DNA from: Prasinococcaceae sp. CCMP 1430
Lineage: Eukaryota > Plantae > Prasinodermophyta
NCBI GenBank assembly: GCA_013416795.1
Contig: RQSC01000020.1
Location: 305,745 to 354,296, forward strand
Direction: 5' to 3'
Length of the DNA stretch: 48,552 nucleotides
Notes under the pieces: model-generated
Seen by the model: the letters and a program-made list of their open reading frames with translations, nothing else
The model's database searches: none
What the model was told of the DNA's origin: nothing
Program-made: the position numbers and the translations under genes
Part shown: positions 19,754-31,379 of the stretch, in pieces
Layout: each line of letters opens with the position of its first letter
How positions within the stretch are numbered: the first letter of the stretch is position 1

Positions 19754-22231
19754 TCAGAGGATGTCCGGCATGGCGGCGACGCTCGCGCCCTCGGGCTGCA
19801 TGAGCGCGGCCGCCCACGCCGAGCCCATGGCGTTGACGGTGTCGGGCGCGGCGGATTGCGCGCGCGCGCGCGCGACCCCCGCCGGCGCGTCCCCAGCGCC
19901 ACCAGGCACAGCGCCTCCATTGGCGTTCGCCGCCGAGTGCGTGCGCTCGACCTGCAACGAGCTTGAGATGTCCTGTCGCAGCTGCGGAGCGTGCCTCGCA
20001 CTCGGCGACAGCGTGGCCGCGCTCGTAGCCATCGGCGGGGTCGAGATGGCCGTCGGGTCCTCGCCGAGCGCCGACAGCAGGTCGCCGCGGCTGGCCTCAC
20101 CCTCGGACATCTGCTGCAGCGGGTCGACCGGCGGCGCGTACGCGGGAGGCCCCATCGCCACCTCGGCCGGCGCTGCGAGGTCTCCGCTCTCGACGTCAAG
20201 GCCAAGCGCGGCCGCTCCAGCCGCGCCCGCCCCGGCGGCGTCGGTCACGCCGCGGTGCGTCGCCAGCTGGGCACTCGACATGGCGTCGAGGACTCGCGCG
20301 GCGGGCGTGCCGGGCTCGGCCCAGCCCTCGCGGCCGTAGCTGTCGGCGAAGAGCGCCATCGACGCGTCCACCTTGGTCACGTGCGCGTACGCGGTGGCGT
20401 GCCCGTCTGTGCCGTCGCTGAGCTCGACGTAGCTCCCGTCGCCGTAGTTGCCGCTGCTGCCGCCGCTGTCGCCGCCCCCTTCGCCAAAGCCGCCGCCGCC
20501 GCCGCCGAACCCGTGCCCGTTGCCGGCGCCGTAGCTGCCGCCGCGCCACTGCGGCCGGCCCTGGGCCCCGCGGGCAGTGCAGAAGTCCGAGCCGGCGAAG
20601 ACGTCGCCGACGCCCTCGACGTACACCGTGTTGTCCCGGAAGAACGCGACGAGGTCTCCCGAGCGCTGCGCGATGGGCCCGAGGAGCATGAGGGGCGCCA
20701 CGAGCACGCTGACCATCTCCTCGAGGAAGAGCGTCGCGCGGGGCTGGAAGAGCTCGGCGAGGCTGCTCTGCGCAGCTCGCGAGGCGGGCGCGAGCCGCCA
20801 CGCGCGCGGCGAGAAGCGGAGGTGCTTCATGGCCTTGAGCAGCGTCTCGCGCGGCTCGAACTTGGGCGAGGCGTCGGGCGACAGCGCGCGGCAGATGGCG
20901 AGCACGACGGTGAAGAGCGCGGCGTACCACAGCAGCTGCCGGTCGCCGACCTCCGCGCGGAGCAGCTCCTCGTCCATCGCGGCGACGAAGAGCAGCATGG
21001 CGGCGAACGCCCCAACGACGAACGCCACGAACTTGGCGATCATCCCCACGAAGGCCGAGGGGAACATGGAGACGTAGTCCACCGCGTGCGCGTGCGCGAG
21101 CGCCAGCCGCCGCTCCAGCGCGCGCGGCGTCTCGTTGAGCGCGCGCAGCTTGTGCCGCGCGTAGCCCGTCCAGTCGCGCTCGCCCACCGCGGCGGGGTGC
21201 CTGTACAGGTACTCCGCGTGCCGTATGAAGAAGAAGACGAAGGCGAACACGAACAGGAAGGGGCTCAGCACCAGGCACGTCACGCCGGCGGCGAGCAGCC
21301 GCAGGCGCAGCGCGTCGCCCGCGCCGGGCGCCACGGCGGCGGCGCGCACGCGGCACGCGCTCGCGTCGAGAAAGTGGTCGAGCACGAACCAGTCCACCGC
21401 CATCTGCACGTACGCCGTGAGCATGGGCCGCCTCCAGCCGAGGCGCGGCACGCCCACGTGCACGGGCAGCACCCCGCTGTCCACCAGCCCCACCATGTAG
21501 TTGTCGCGCCGCAGCACGCGCATCATCATCTCCAGCGGCGTGAGCTCCTTGGCCAGGCAGATGCGCCGCGTGTCCTGCACGCCCGCCAGCCGCTTGAGCA
21601 GCTCGGGGAACTGCAGCGCGGGCAGCTCGGCGTCGCGCACCTGCAGGGCGTCCGCGAAGAAGCGCCGCATCTCCAGCAGGCGCGGCAGCTCGCGCGCGAG
21701 GCCCACGGAGGACGCCAGGAGGTACGCGGAGAACACCGCGCAGTACGCCGCGGCGGGGAAGCTCCACTTGGGCGCCTCGCGTATGGCCTCCTTGACGATG
21801 TCGCACTCGTCCTTGGCGTTGCACGCCGCGAGGCGCTCCCAGTCCACCTTGACGATGAGAAAGGTGCTCAGGAAGACGGTGAAGGCCAGCGTGAGCAGGT
21901 TGAGTGCGCGCGAGAGCAGCGCGCAGGCGAGGCCGCGCTCCGAGTGGTAGGCGTGTACGCGCGCCAGGAAGGCGTCGAGGTCCGCGACGGCCTCCCAGCG
22001 CTTGGTCTCGTGCTTGAGGAACTCGGCGTGCTCGGCGTGCTCCGCCAGGGGGTGGGGCGGGTGGTGGGGCGCGCCGCGCTCGTGCTGGGGGCGCCCGCGG
22101 CCGTTGTGCGCGTGGTGGTGGTGCGCCTCAGCACCCCCCCGCTCGCGGGCGCCGAACATCTCGCGCGCGCCGCCGCCGCCCGCCCCGCGCAGCGACTCGG
22201 CGAGCGTCGCGCGCGCGCCCGAGGCCACCAA
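19754..22231 (-). CDS. ATG9: Autophagy lipid scramblase ATG9, 825 aa, apparently intronless
   Basis: WEAVADLDAFLARVHAYH..RGL, LRRDNYMVGL, LVLSPF, PAAVGERDWT...LNE, FVAFVVGAFAA, FLEEMVSVLVAPL and FFRDNTVYVEGVGDVFA motifs. Confidence 0.95.
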   Translation of the reverse strand: MVASGARATLAESLRGAGGGGAREMFGARERGGAEAHHHHAHNGRGRPQHERGAPHHPPHPLAEHAEHAEFLKHETKRWEAVADLDAFLARVHAYHSERGLACALLSRALNLLTLAFTVFLSTFLIVKVDWERLAACNAKDECDIVKEAIREAPKWSFPAAAYCAVFSAYLLASSVGLARELPRLLEMRRFFADALQVRDAELPALQFPELLKRLAGVQDTRRICLAKELTPLEMMMRVLRRDNYMVGLVDSGVLPVHVGVPRLGWRRPMLTAYVQMAVDWFVLDHFLDASACRVRAAAVAPGAGDALRLRLLAAGVTCLVLSPFLFVFAFVFFFIRHAEYLYRHPAAVGERDWTGYARHKLRALNETPRALERRLALAHAHAVDYVSMFPSAFVGMIAKFVAFVVGAFAAMLLFVAAMDEELLRAEVGDRQLLWYAALFTVVLAICRALSPDASPKFEPRETLLKAMKHLRFSPRAWRLAPASRAAQSSLAELFQPRATLFLEEMVSVLVAPLMLLGPIAQRSGDLVAFFRDNTVYVEGVGDVFAGSDFCTARGAQGRPQWRGGSYGAGNGHGFGGGGGGFGEGGGDSGGSSGNYGDGSYVELSDGTDGHATAYAHVTKVDASMALFADSYGREGWAEPGTPAARVLDAMSSAQLATHRGVTDAAGAGAAGAAALGLDVESGDLAAPAEVAMGPPAYAPPVDPLQQMSEGEASRGDLLSALGEDPTAISTPPMATSAATLSPSARHAPQLRQDISSSLQVERTHSAANANGGAVPGGAGDAPAGVARARAQSAAPDTVNAMGSAWAAALMQPEGASVAAMPDIL

Positions 22232-22384
22232 ACGCGCTCAAGAATGCTGGCCCACTGCTCATGGGAGGCGATACGCATCCTTGCGGCCTTGAGCTGCCGC
22301 CGCTCACACGCACGCGCGCGCACGCGCGTGCGTGCGCGCGTGCGCAGAGCGACGCTCACGCCGCAGCGCAGCGGGCACACGCGG

Positions 22385-22840
22385 CACGTGCGTGTGTGTG
22401 TGTACGCGTGTGCGTGTGCGTGTGCGTGTGCGTGTGCGTGTGCGTGTGTGTGTGCGTGTGCGTGTGCGTGCGCGTGCGCGTGTGTGTGCGTGTGTGCGTG
22501 CGCGCGCGCGCTCAAAAAAGAGCGCGCCGCCTCCGCGGCGCCCCCGTCCGCCTGCGCCTCCCCCTCACCCTCCTCACCCTCCCCCACGCGCTGCCCTCAG
22601 CCCCGGCTGCCCGCCGGTCCCGCGCCGGCACACCTCTCGCTCCCTCGGCGCACCTCCCCCTCACCACCCACCGCCTTCCCCACGGCCAGCAGCAGCAGCA
22701 CGAGGCACGCGCTGAAAACGCGCCGGATGGCACGCGCGCGAGCGCGCGCGAGTGCGCACGTGCGCACGTGCGCGCACACGCACGCACACACGCGCGCGCA
22801 CACACACACACACGCACGCACGCACGCACGCACACGCGCG

Positions 22841-22904
<64 letters not shown>

Positions 22905-22985
22905 TGCTCGTGCTCGCACGCGCGCGCGTACACGCACACTCGCACACGCGCGCGCGCGGGTGTGCGCGCGCGCGCGCGCGCGCGT
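22385..22985. repeat. Intergenic (GT)n-spacer-(CA)n fold-back block upstream of ATG9
   Basis: GT/GTGC tract at about 22385-22505, a C-rich centre, and a CA tract at about 22765-22900. Confidence 0.85.
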
Positions 22986-23297
22986 CCACGCAATCGCACC
23001 GAAATGCCTTTCCGCGAAACCGTTCGCGGATGCCGCCGCACCTCTTCCCGCGCAAAAACGCGCGGAAAGCCGCGCGCGCCGGAGCCCCCGAAGCCGTGAA
23101 TTTCCGCATTTCCGCGCGCTGACAAAGCGCACCGCGATGCGCCGTTTCGGACCCGCAGCCCAATCGATAGCATGACAATGAGACAATGACATATTCGAAT
23201 CATGTAGCCACGGGAGACACTTTTGCGACGCACCGTCGGTGGTCAAAATCCGTGCCAGGGTGGCAGGGTCGCCGGCGCGCCGCGCACGAGGGCTTCG

Positions 23298-23538
23298 GGG
23301 TTTAGGGTTAGGGTCTCACGTTCGAATGAAGTCACCCACGGGAGAGCTAGTTCCCACATCAAAGCGCATCCAAACGCGCGCGCGCGGAGCGGCGCCGCGA
23401 ATCCGGAAGCGGCGACCGGCGGCGGCATTAAAAAAAAAAAAAAAAAAAAGGGGGGGCAGGGGGGGGGCAGTCGCATCGGGTCGCATCGAATGTCGTAAAC
23501 CCTTAACCCTAAACATTAAAACCCTAACCTAACCCTAA
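23298..23538. repeat. Head-to-head telomeric repeats flanking a core of about 180 bp with an A20 tract
   Basis: GTTTAGGGTTAGGGT at 23300-23314 versus ACCCTTAACCCTAAAC and AAACCCTAACCTAACCCTAA at 23499-23538. Confidence 0.7.
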
Positions 23539-23547
23539 TGCATTTCT

Positions 23548-23680
23548 CATCAAAATGCATGCGAGACCCATTTTTATTTTTATTCTGTTTTTGTTGTTTG
23601 CGTCGTTTGAGATCAAAATGCATGCGACACCCATTTTTATTTTTTGTCTGTTTGTGTTGCTTCTGTCGTTTGATATCCTT
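23548..23680. repeat. About 65-bp T-rich tandem duplication
   Basis: TCAAAATGCATGCGA(G/C)ACCCATTTTTATTT...GTCGTTTGA occurs twice. Confidence 0.8.
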
Positions 23681-23856
23681 TTTTCCATGGATGTGGCGAT
23701 GGGTGTTCATACCTGACTCAAACCGTGTGTTCAGCAGGTGTTTTTTTTGTTTGTTTTTGGAAGGTTTTTTTTTTTCGAGTGTCGGCGATGCGCACGCATT
23801 CGGCGCCGCCGGCTGCGGCTGCGGCTGCCGCCTCCTCCTCGCGGCGCTGCCCCTTC

Positions 23857-24108
<252 letters not shown>

Positions 24109-24109
24109 N

Positions 24110-27099
24110 CGCCGGCGCCGGCGGCGGCAAGGACGCCGCCCCCGCCGCAAAGGCGGCGCCGGCAAAGGCCAAGGGCGGCAAGGACGGCAAGGCGTCGAAG
24201 GCAGGCGCAGGTGCGTGGCGGCGATGGCGCGCCCGCGCGCTCGCCAGATCGACGCAGAGCGCGCGCCGCGCGCCGAGAGCGCTCGCGCTCCGATCGGGGA
24301 GCGCGCGTACGCGCCTCGCACCCGCGCGCCCGTCGTCGCGCGCCGGGGACTCTGGCGGTGATCGTCGCGCTGACCCGCGGTCGCCCGCTGCGCGCCCTGG
24401 TGCATGGCTGCCGCCCTCGCCCGCGTCGCCGATCGCTTCGCTCGCCCGCGTAGCTGAGAGCAACCTGCCGCCCGAGGTGGCTGAGCTCCGCTCGTCGTGG
24501 GAATTCGCTGCGGTGTGCCACTTTCTGCTGTCGTTCAAGCGCGTGCTGAAGCTGCACCGCCACCTCGCCCCCTCGCAGATCGAGGATGCCCTGCTCCGGC
24601 CGCGAGGGAGCGCGGCAGCCGAGAAGCTGTGGACGGATGCCATGGCGGGCCTGCTCAACCCTGAGGAGCCCGAGACGCGTGAGGATGAGGAAGAGGACGA
24701 CTACGAAGAGGAGGAAGAGGGAGACGAAGCGGAGGACGAGGAGGAGGACGAGGAGGAGGAGGAGGAAGCTGCTGGAAACGCCGAGGAGCGCAATGAAGGC
24801 GACGGCGATGGCGCGCCAGAGGGCGAGCGGGAGGTTGCTGCTGACGTCGCTGCTGACGCTGCGGACGCGAGTGCGCCCGAGTGGGAGGCGCGGCCGGCGC
24901 CGCAGCAGGCAGGTGAGCAGGCGCAAGAGCCTGCGCCGGCGCCGGCGCAGGAAGCTGCAGCACAGGGGAACGCCGAGGCTCCCCAAGAGGGGGCGCCTGC
25001 GTCGACCGTGAAGGTCGAAGGCGGGCTTGAGCCGATGGAGGTCGATGCGGACGCGGGCGAGGGTGGCGATGCGCAGACCCAGGCCAAGATTGAGCCGCCT
25101 CAGGAACAGGCGGCGCAGCAGCCGGAGCAGCAGGTGGACGAGCGGGAACAGAAGCAGGAGCAGGAGCAGGAGCACAAGCCGGAGCAGGAGCAGGCAGGAA
25201 TTGCAGCTGACGCGAGTGCGCCCGCTGCGGAGAACGAGGAGGACCGAACATTCAATGAGCTCGACGAGCTGCTGGCGCGGCACACGCGCAACCGCTGGGA
25301 CGACGACAACGAGATCTTCGACTCAGATCCGCTCGCCGACGGCACGCGCAAGTTTTTTGCCTCTGGCGACCTGAGCGCAACGGAGCGTGCGCAGGTGTTC
25401 TACGCGCTGTGCTGCTGGGCCTCGCAGTCTGAAGCGTACAGCGACCTCATCAAGCACATGTGCGAGACTGAGGAATGGCCGCCGCGAATGTTCGAGTGCG
25501 AGTTCGGCGTCGACGCGGACGGTGCGCACTACTATCACATGGGCCCGGACGACAACTACTGGCTTTGGCGGGAGGACCGCCCGAAGGGCCGCTCCTTCTG
25601 GACGGCCAACGACAGGCACGGCTGGGAAGTGATCGCGACCAATCTCGAGGAGATGGAGGCGTGCAGCAAGCGCTGGAAGAAGTCGTCAAACAAGGACGAG
25701 AAAGCCATGGGCAAGCTGCTCGAGGAGGAGTGGCTCGTGCCGCTCGTGGCCGCGCGTGAGCTTCGCCTCCGACGTGAGCGCCTCGAGAAGGAGCGCGAGG
25801 CGCGCGAGGCAGCTTGGCGCGCGATTCCACGCAAGACATCGGGCCGCCTCGCGCGCGTGCAGCAGGAGAAGATCGAGCGCGAGGCGCGCGAGCGCGAAGA
25901 GGCCGAGCTGCGCGCCATCGAGGAAGCCGAGCGCCTGGAGGCCAAGCGGCGCCAGCGCGAGGCTGCCAAGAAGGCCAAGGAACAGGAGGCCATCAAATTG
26001 GCAGCCGAAAACGCCGCACGCCTCGCTGCCGAGTTTGAGGCCCGCTACTCCGCGCAGGCACGCGACGCTCGCGCCAAGGCCCGCAACGCCAAGGAGGAGG
26101 CCGAGCGCGCCCGACGCGAGGCTGACATTGCCGCGGCGGCCGCTGGCGTCGTATCCGCGGCCGTCCCGGCCAAGCAGGATGACGCCGCCGGCGGAGGCGA
26201 GGCTGACGGTGGCGATGGCGATGATGACGACGAGCTTGGCCCGTACGAGGAGGGCGTGTGTGTTGGGCGGACGCTCGACTGCTTCTGGGAGGACGACCAT
26301 TGCTGGTACCCCGCGCGGATCGAACAAGACGTCGGTGACTCGGTGCTTCTCGTGTACGAGGACGGTGCCGAGGAGGCGCTCACGTGGGAGGGGATCGGAA
26401 CTGTGCGCTTCACCGATGGGCGCGCGCCACCGCTGCGCTATTTGGCTGCAAGGCGTGCCGCCGCCGACAAGGAAGAGGCGCGCAAGGAGAAGCGCCGCGC
26501 AGACTCCGCGCGTGCTCGGACCAAGCGCAACGAGAAAAAGGCCGCGGAGAAGGCGGAGGCTGAGGCGGCAGAGGCGCGGCGAGCACAGGAGGCGGCCGAC
26601 GTGGCCAAGGCGCAAGCGCGCGCGCAGGCGCAGGCGCAGGCGCGCGCGGAGGCGCGCGCCGCCCAGGCGGCCGCGCGAAAGAAGGCGCGTGCCGAGCAGG
26701 TGGCGCGCACCGCTGAGGCGGCCGCTGTTGGAGCCCATGCTGCGGCGCACGCGACGCTGTCGCCCTCAGTAGTCGCGACCGGTGCGGGCGCGGCCGGCGC
26801 AGCGAATGCTGGCGACGTGGTGCTCTCGCCCGAGGAGGTCGCGAAGATCGCGCACCGCAAGCACATGCGCAAGCTGCAAGCGCAACGCTACCGTGAGCGG
26901 CAGAAGGCTGCCAAGGCCGAGGCGAAGGCCAAGGCGGCGGCTGAAGCCCAAGGGGCTCAGCCGGCTGGTGGCCCGGACAGTGCGGCGGCGGCAGCGGCAG
27001 CGACCCAGCAGCAAGCGGCTCAGCGAGCGCTCCAGCAGCAGCAGCAGCAGCAGCACCAACAGCAGCAGCACTTTCTGCAGCAACAACTCGCTGCCCAGA

Positions 27100-27132
<33 letters not shown>

Positions 27133-27461
27133 TCGCGCACGGCATGCACCACATTTCTGAGGGGTTCCAAGTCGCAAGCCCGACGAGGGCCCAGGTGGCG
27201 GGCGTGCCCGTTGCGCACGCGCAGGGATACCCCTTCGGACCGCACGGCGTGCCGCAGCAGCCAGCGATGCAGGCGCACATGCCCGGCATGATGGGCAGCT
27301 CGCCGCTGTCGGCCCTCCAGCAGCAGCAGCTGATGCAGCACCAGCAGCAGATGTTTTTCATGCAGCAGCAGGCGCAGCAGCAGCGGCAGCAGCAGGCGCA
27401 GCAGCAGCAGGCGCAGCAGAACGCCTTCGGGCACATGTTCGCCCCTCCCGGCCAGCCTTGA
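24110..27461 (+). CDS. DDT-WHIM/WSD chromatin-remodelling (ISWI partner, DDR4/RSF1-like) protein with a Tudor-like domain and poly-Q tail; 5' end lost; exons <24110-24210 and 24454-27461
   Basis: LRSSWEFAAVCHFL (DDT), ERAQVFYALCCW (WHIM1), FGVDADGAHYY...WLWRE and WEVIATNLEEM (WSD), and VGRTLDCFWEDDHCWYPARI...LVYEDGAEE (Tudor-like). Phase-1 intron with a GCTGAC branch at 24373. Confidence 0.85.
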
Positions 27462-27760
27462 GCGAGCAGCGAGCCGTAAGAAGATCAGCACCAATTGTTG
27501 CACGCCCTCCGTCCCTGTACCCCGCGGGAGCCTCGTGGCGCGGCGGCGTACGCGCTGCTCTGCCGCTGCACCTTGCCACCGACCCATGGGCGGTTGCTTG
27601 CGCGCTCTCGTGGATGTCGCCCGAGGTCTCATCAGTACTACAGTAATTTATTACACGTACGAACTATGGCTATCCTCGAGAGCGACGGCGGCGGCCTCGT
27701 CCGCGCCGGCAACCCACCCCCCGCCGCCGTCGGCGCTGGCGCCGGTGCGGGGGAGAGGCA

Positions 27761-28573
27761 TCAGCTGGCGTCTTTGGTCCACGTATGCCTGCAGCGCTTG
27801 CACTCGATCTTAATGGTCACGGACTCGTCCGCGTTGGTGCCCCACACCTCGGCCTTGCGAATGTCGCGCGAGCCGCCCACGTACACGTAGCCCGCGTCCG
27901 CCGCGCCGCACACGGGGCACGTGTGCTCGGTGGTGGCGTGCGCGCCCTCGGCGGTGTCGACGGTCGCGCGGCGCAGCGCCTTCTCGCGCAGCCTCTCCCG
28001 CTCGTCGCCCGCCGCGCTCCCGCGTGCGAGCTCCTCGGGCGGCGCGCGCACCAGCTCCCGCGCGCCGACCTCGTCATCCAGGATGCGCTCGCGCAGGCTC
28101 GGGTTGCGCCGCAGCGACGCAAGCAGCGACCGGCAGCGCGCCGAGTACCACCCCGGTGCGCCGCCGCCCCTGCGTCCGGCGTCTTCCGCAGTTACGGCGG
28201 CTTCATGCAGCGCCCTCTCGATGCCGCACGCGAGAGACTCGCCGCCGTCGGCGAGCCACGCCACCTCGCCGGCGAACGCAGCCAGCAGCCGGGCGCGCGC
28301 GGCGGCGCGCGTCGAAAGCGGGACCGACGCCGCGGGCTCCGCGCGCGCGGGCTCGTGCGCACCGCCCGCGCCGCCGCACCCGGGGCTGCCGCCAGCCCCG
28401 CCACCGCCGCCTCCGCCAGCGCCAACGCCAACGCCGCCTCGTGTGCCGTCGTCCTCTGCCGCGCCGCCGCCTGCGCCACCGCCGCCAGGGCTGCCGCCAG
28501 CCCCCAAACCGCCGCCTCCGCCAGCGCCAACGCCAACGCCACCTCCTGTGCCCTCGTCCTCTGCCGCGCCCAT
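27761..28573 (-). CDS. TFIIS-like paralogue (central domain plus C-terminal Zn ribbon, no N-terminal domain), about 270 aa
   Basis: IERALH, YSARCRSLLASLRRNPSLRERIL...ELVRAPPEELA (domain II), then CPVC...ADE...CKRCRHTW (Zn ribbon). Confidence 0.8.
   Translation of the reverse strand: MGAAEDEGTGGGVGVGAGGGGGLGAGGSPGGGGAGGGAAEDDGTRGGVGVGAGGGGGGGAGGSPGCGGAGGAHEPARAEPAASVPLSTRAAARARLLAAFAGEVAWLADGGESLACGIERALHEAAVTAEDAGRRGGGAPGWYSARCRSLLASLRRNPSLRERILDDEVGARELVRAPPEELARGSAAGDERERLREKALRRATVDTAEGAHATTEHTCPVCGAADAGYVYVGGSRDIRKAEVWGTNADESVTIKIECKRCRHTWTKDAS
28361..28570. repeat. 105-bp (35-codon) tandem duplication encoding a Gly-rich N-terminus
   Basis: CTGCCGCCAGCCCC recurs at 28386 and 28491; the peptide AAED(E/D)GT.GGVGVGAGGGGG.GAGGSPG occurs twice. 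Confidence 0.85.
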
Positions 28574-28788
28574 GCCTAGGGGCGCCGCCTGCGCGCCCTG
28601 TGGCACACGCCCGGCCCCCACCTCGACGCCCGCCCCACGCCATCGTGAATGCGTTCAGTTTGATATATTATATCCGCGTGGCCAAATTCAATGCATTTTG
28701 ATACCAAGTTGCGGCCATTATTTCCGCGCGCCACACCACCCTCCGCCCACACCCCGCACGCGCGCCCCTGCCACGCGGAGAGGCTCGG

Positions 28789-30769
28789 ATGGCAGCGACG
28801 GGGCGGACGGGTGGCGATGCCGCGCTCTGCGTGGCCCCGGCGGGCGCCGGCTACGCCGCCGTCCCCGCCGGGGAGGAGGGGGCGCGCCCCGGGGCGGGCC
28901 AGGACCTGCAGACATTCCTGAAGTACGTATGCGTGGCGCGAATGCTGCCTGGCCCTAGCAGCGCCGTGCCGCTCGCTGTGTGCCGCCTGCGTCTGCTGAC
29001 TGAGCTGCGCTGCGCTGGGCCTGACGTGATGCGCGGGACGTGCCTCGCTCGCGCCGATGGAACTCTCTCTTTCTCTTTCGTGCGCGCGCAGCGCGTTCCT
29101 GAGGCGCTACCTTCTAGGTCGCTACGGCTCGCCCCGCGCGGCGGGTGCGCAGCTGTGGCGCATCATGGCGGAGATGGAGCGCCTCGCCACGCAGAACCTG
29201 GGCGACCGCGAGTTCCTGCGTGCGCCGCTGCGCCTGGTGCGCGACGCAATCGGCGCGGCGGCGGACAAGGAAGAGAAGGAGCGTGCGCAGGTGTACGCCG
29301 AGCTCAGCCCGAGCAGCAGCGCCGCTCGCCTGTTCGCCTTGCTCGGGGCGCTCGCACGCCAATGCCGAGAGCGAAGGCACCGTGACCGGCGGCGGCGACA
29401 GGCCCATGGTCTCGTGCATGCCAGACGTGGTGGATCCTCTCCCTCCACCCCTCACAGCGCACTCCGCAGGCAGGAGTCTCCTGCCGTTGGCGACATCGGC
29501 GCGATTGCACCCGTGGCTGCACCCGATCGCGCGGATCACATTGCCGAGGAGGTGCGCGACCGGCTATTCAGAATGGTGACGGGGACCACGTGGAGGCGAC
29601 GCCCGGCGCTACGACTGGCTGCGCTGAGGCTTATGTTCACGCTGGCGCGTGAGGAAGCGGGCATCGATGAAGTGGGGCAGGTAGACGACGGTGATGATAG
29701 CAGTCTCTTTGCTAGCCGAGGAAGCGTGGGTGCGTCGGGCAGTGCGAGCACTCGGGTGGACGCAGGGAGCGCGCGAGGAGAGAGCCCGCAGATGCATCCG
29801 ATGTGCAACGGTTTTAATGGAAAGAACATCTCGGACGCGGCAGACTCCGCGAGTCCTCACACGCCGGTGTACCTGCACTGTGACTTCGCACCCGCCACGC
29901 CCGGAACACCCGCTGGCTCTTCTCCTCCGCTGGGCGAGTCACCGCCGTCGTCAAACATCATCCAACCTCGCGCGGGGGTACGTGCGCGGCATGCTTCAGC
30001 TGTCAGCCTGTCACTCTTTTGCAGATGAACACTGCTGACGAACGCGTACATGCTGGTGGCAAAACTCTGCCCATGGTGGCTTGTGTGCTGTGCATCGATC
30101 GATACTGCCCGACGGTAGGGACCGCCGATGCACTCGTGGCAGGTTGCGCTCCAGTCCGTTGCCCACGCATCGTCTGGCGAGGCTCTCTACCCGCTGCTCG
30201 AGGCACTCCTGGTCGGCGTCGACGAGATGCGAGTTCGGAAGGAAGATGATGGGCGCCATTTCGAAAGTACTTCTGCCGTGGCACCACGAGTGCCGATCGC
30301 CGAGTCTGCGCCCGAAGCAGCGACGTCTACGCCTGCTACAAAGGCGCCCGAAACGGGGGCAAAAGACACGGTGCATCAGAATTCGTTGACCCCGCCAGGG
30401 TGGGTCATGTTCAGCAGCGCCGCCACTTCGACTCCTGGGGCGAATGCTGCTGCGCCGGATGCTTTCGCCATTAGTAGAGCACCGCTCTACGATGAGGCAG
30501 GATCTTCAGGCGCAGTCGAAAGGGCGCTTGCGGCTGTGACGCTGGGCGGCGGTGACGGCGCGGTGGCGACGGTGGCAGCAGCCACGCCACCTCCCCTGGA
30601 CAACGGCGCGACCTCGATGGAGCAGCGGAGTCTGGAGAAGGAGCACAGCAGCACCAGCGGCCACGTCGGAGGCGGTAGTGGCGGCGCAAGCAGCCCCTGG
30701 CCGGCGACGAGCAGCACTACTACCAGCCATGCTCGCACTGCGAGTGTTGAAGGCTGGGAAACATTTTAA
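28789..30769 (+). CDS. Hypothetical helical-repeat-like protein; tentative exons 28789-28922, 29092-29977, 30119 (or 30143)-30769
   Basis: Donors gtacgt at 28923 and 29978, CTGAC branch motifs, and phase-compatible acceptors that join three ORFs. No family was recognised. Confidence 0.5.
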
Positions 30770-31379
30770 TGAAGCACCCATTACCCAGCTCGGCCTACCA
30801 CTGCTTCAGTCTGCTTGCCGTCGGGCAGCTGGCGCGTGCCGGCATCTTGCACGTGCACCTACGGGTACGGGCCCAGGGGCATGGCGCGGCCACGCCGTGC
30901 GCGCTCTCCGCGCGCACGCAAGCACGGCGCGCGCAGAGCACGGCACTCCGGCCCGCGCCGGTCCCGCCGCGCCAGGCTGCGCGGCCGCGCCTGCCGCGTC
31001 CGACCGAGTCGGCGGCGCTCGCTGTGCGCCCTCATCAGGTGGGCACGCGACTTACGTGCCCGCACTGCAAAGAAGAGCACACACACAAAAACACGAGTCT
31101 CCAAACGATGTGTGCGCGGCACAGTCTGCAGAAAGGCATTTTTGTGGGACCACCGTCGCGTGCGCCACATAAAAAAGAGACCGCGGACAGCTGCGCAGCG
31201 CTGCCACAGCGCGCGCGCTGCCGTCGCCTCCGAGCACGCGCGCAAAGGGGGGGGGGGGGTAGGTGAGCGAGGGTGGCGTCGCGCCCGCCTCAGCGGGCGG
31301 ACTCGGACGCACGGGGGGCGCCAGCGCTGCGCGTCTCGTACTTGCTGGCCTCCGAGAGTGCTGCAGCGCATCGGCGTGC

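Noticed and set aside
23430-23449. A20 tract as a SINE or retrocopy tail
   Set aside because: No target-site duplication or Pol III A/B boxes were identifiable.
24211-24453. Stop-free 243-nt (3n) intron as coding sequence or a regulated retained intron
   Set aside because: It has a good donor, a GCTGAC branch and an acceptor, and the peptide is low-information Arg/Ala-rich. Open frames of this length are expected at this GC content.
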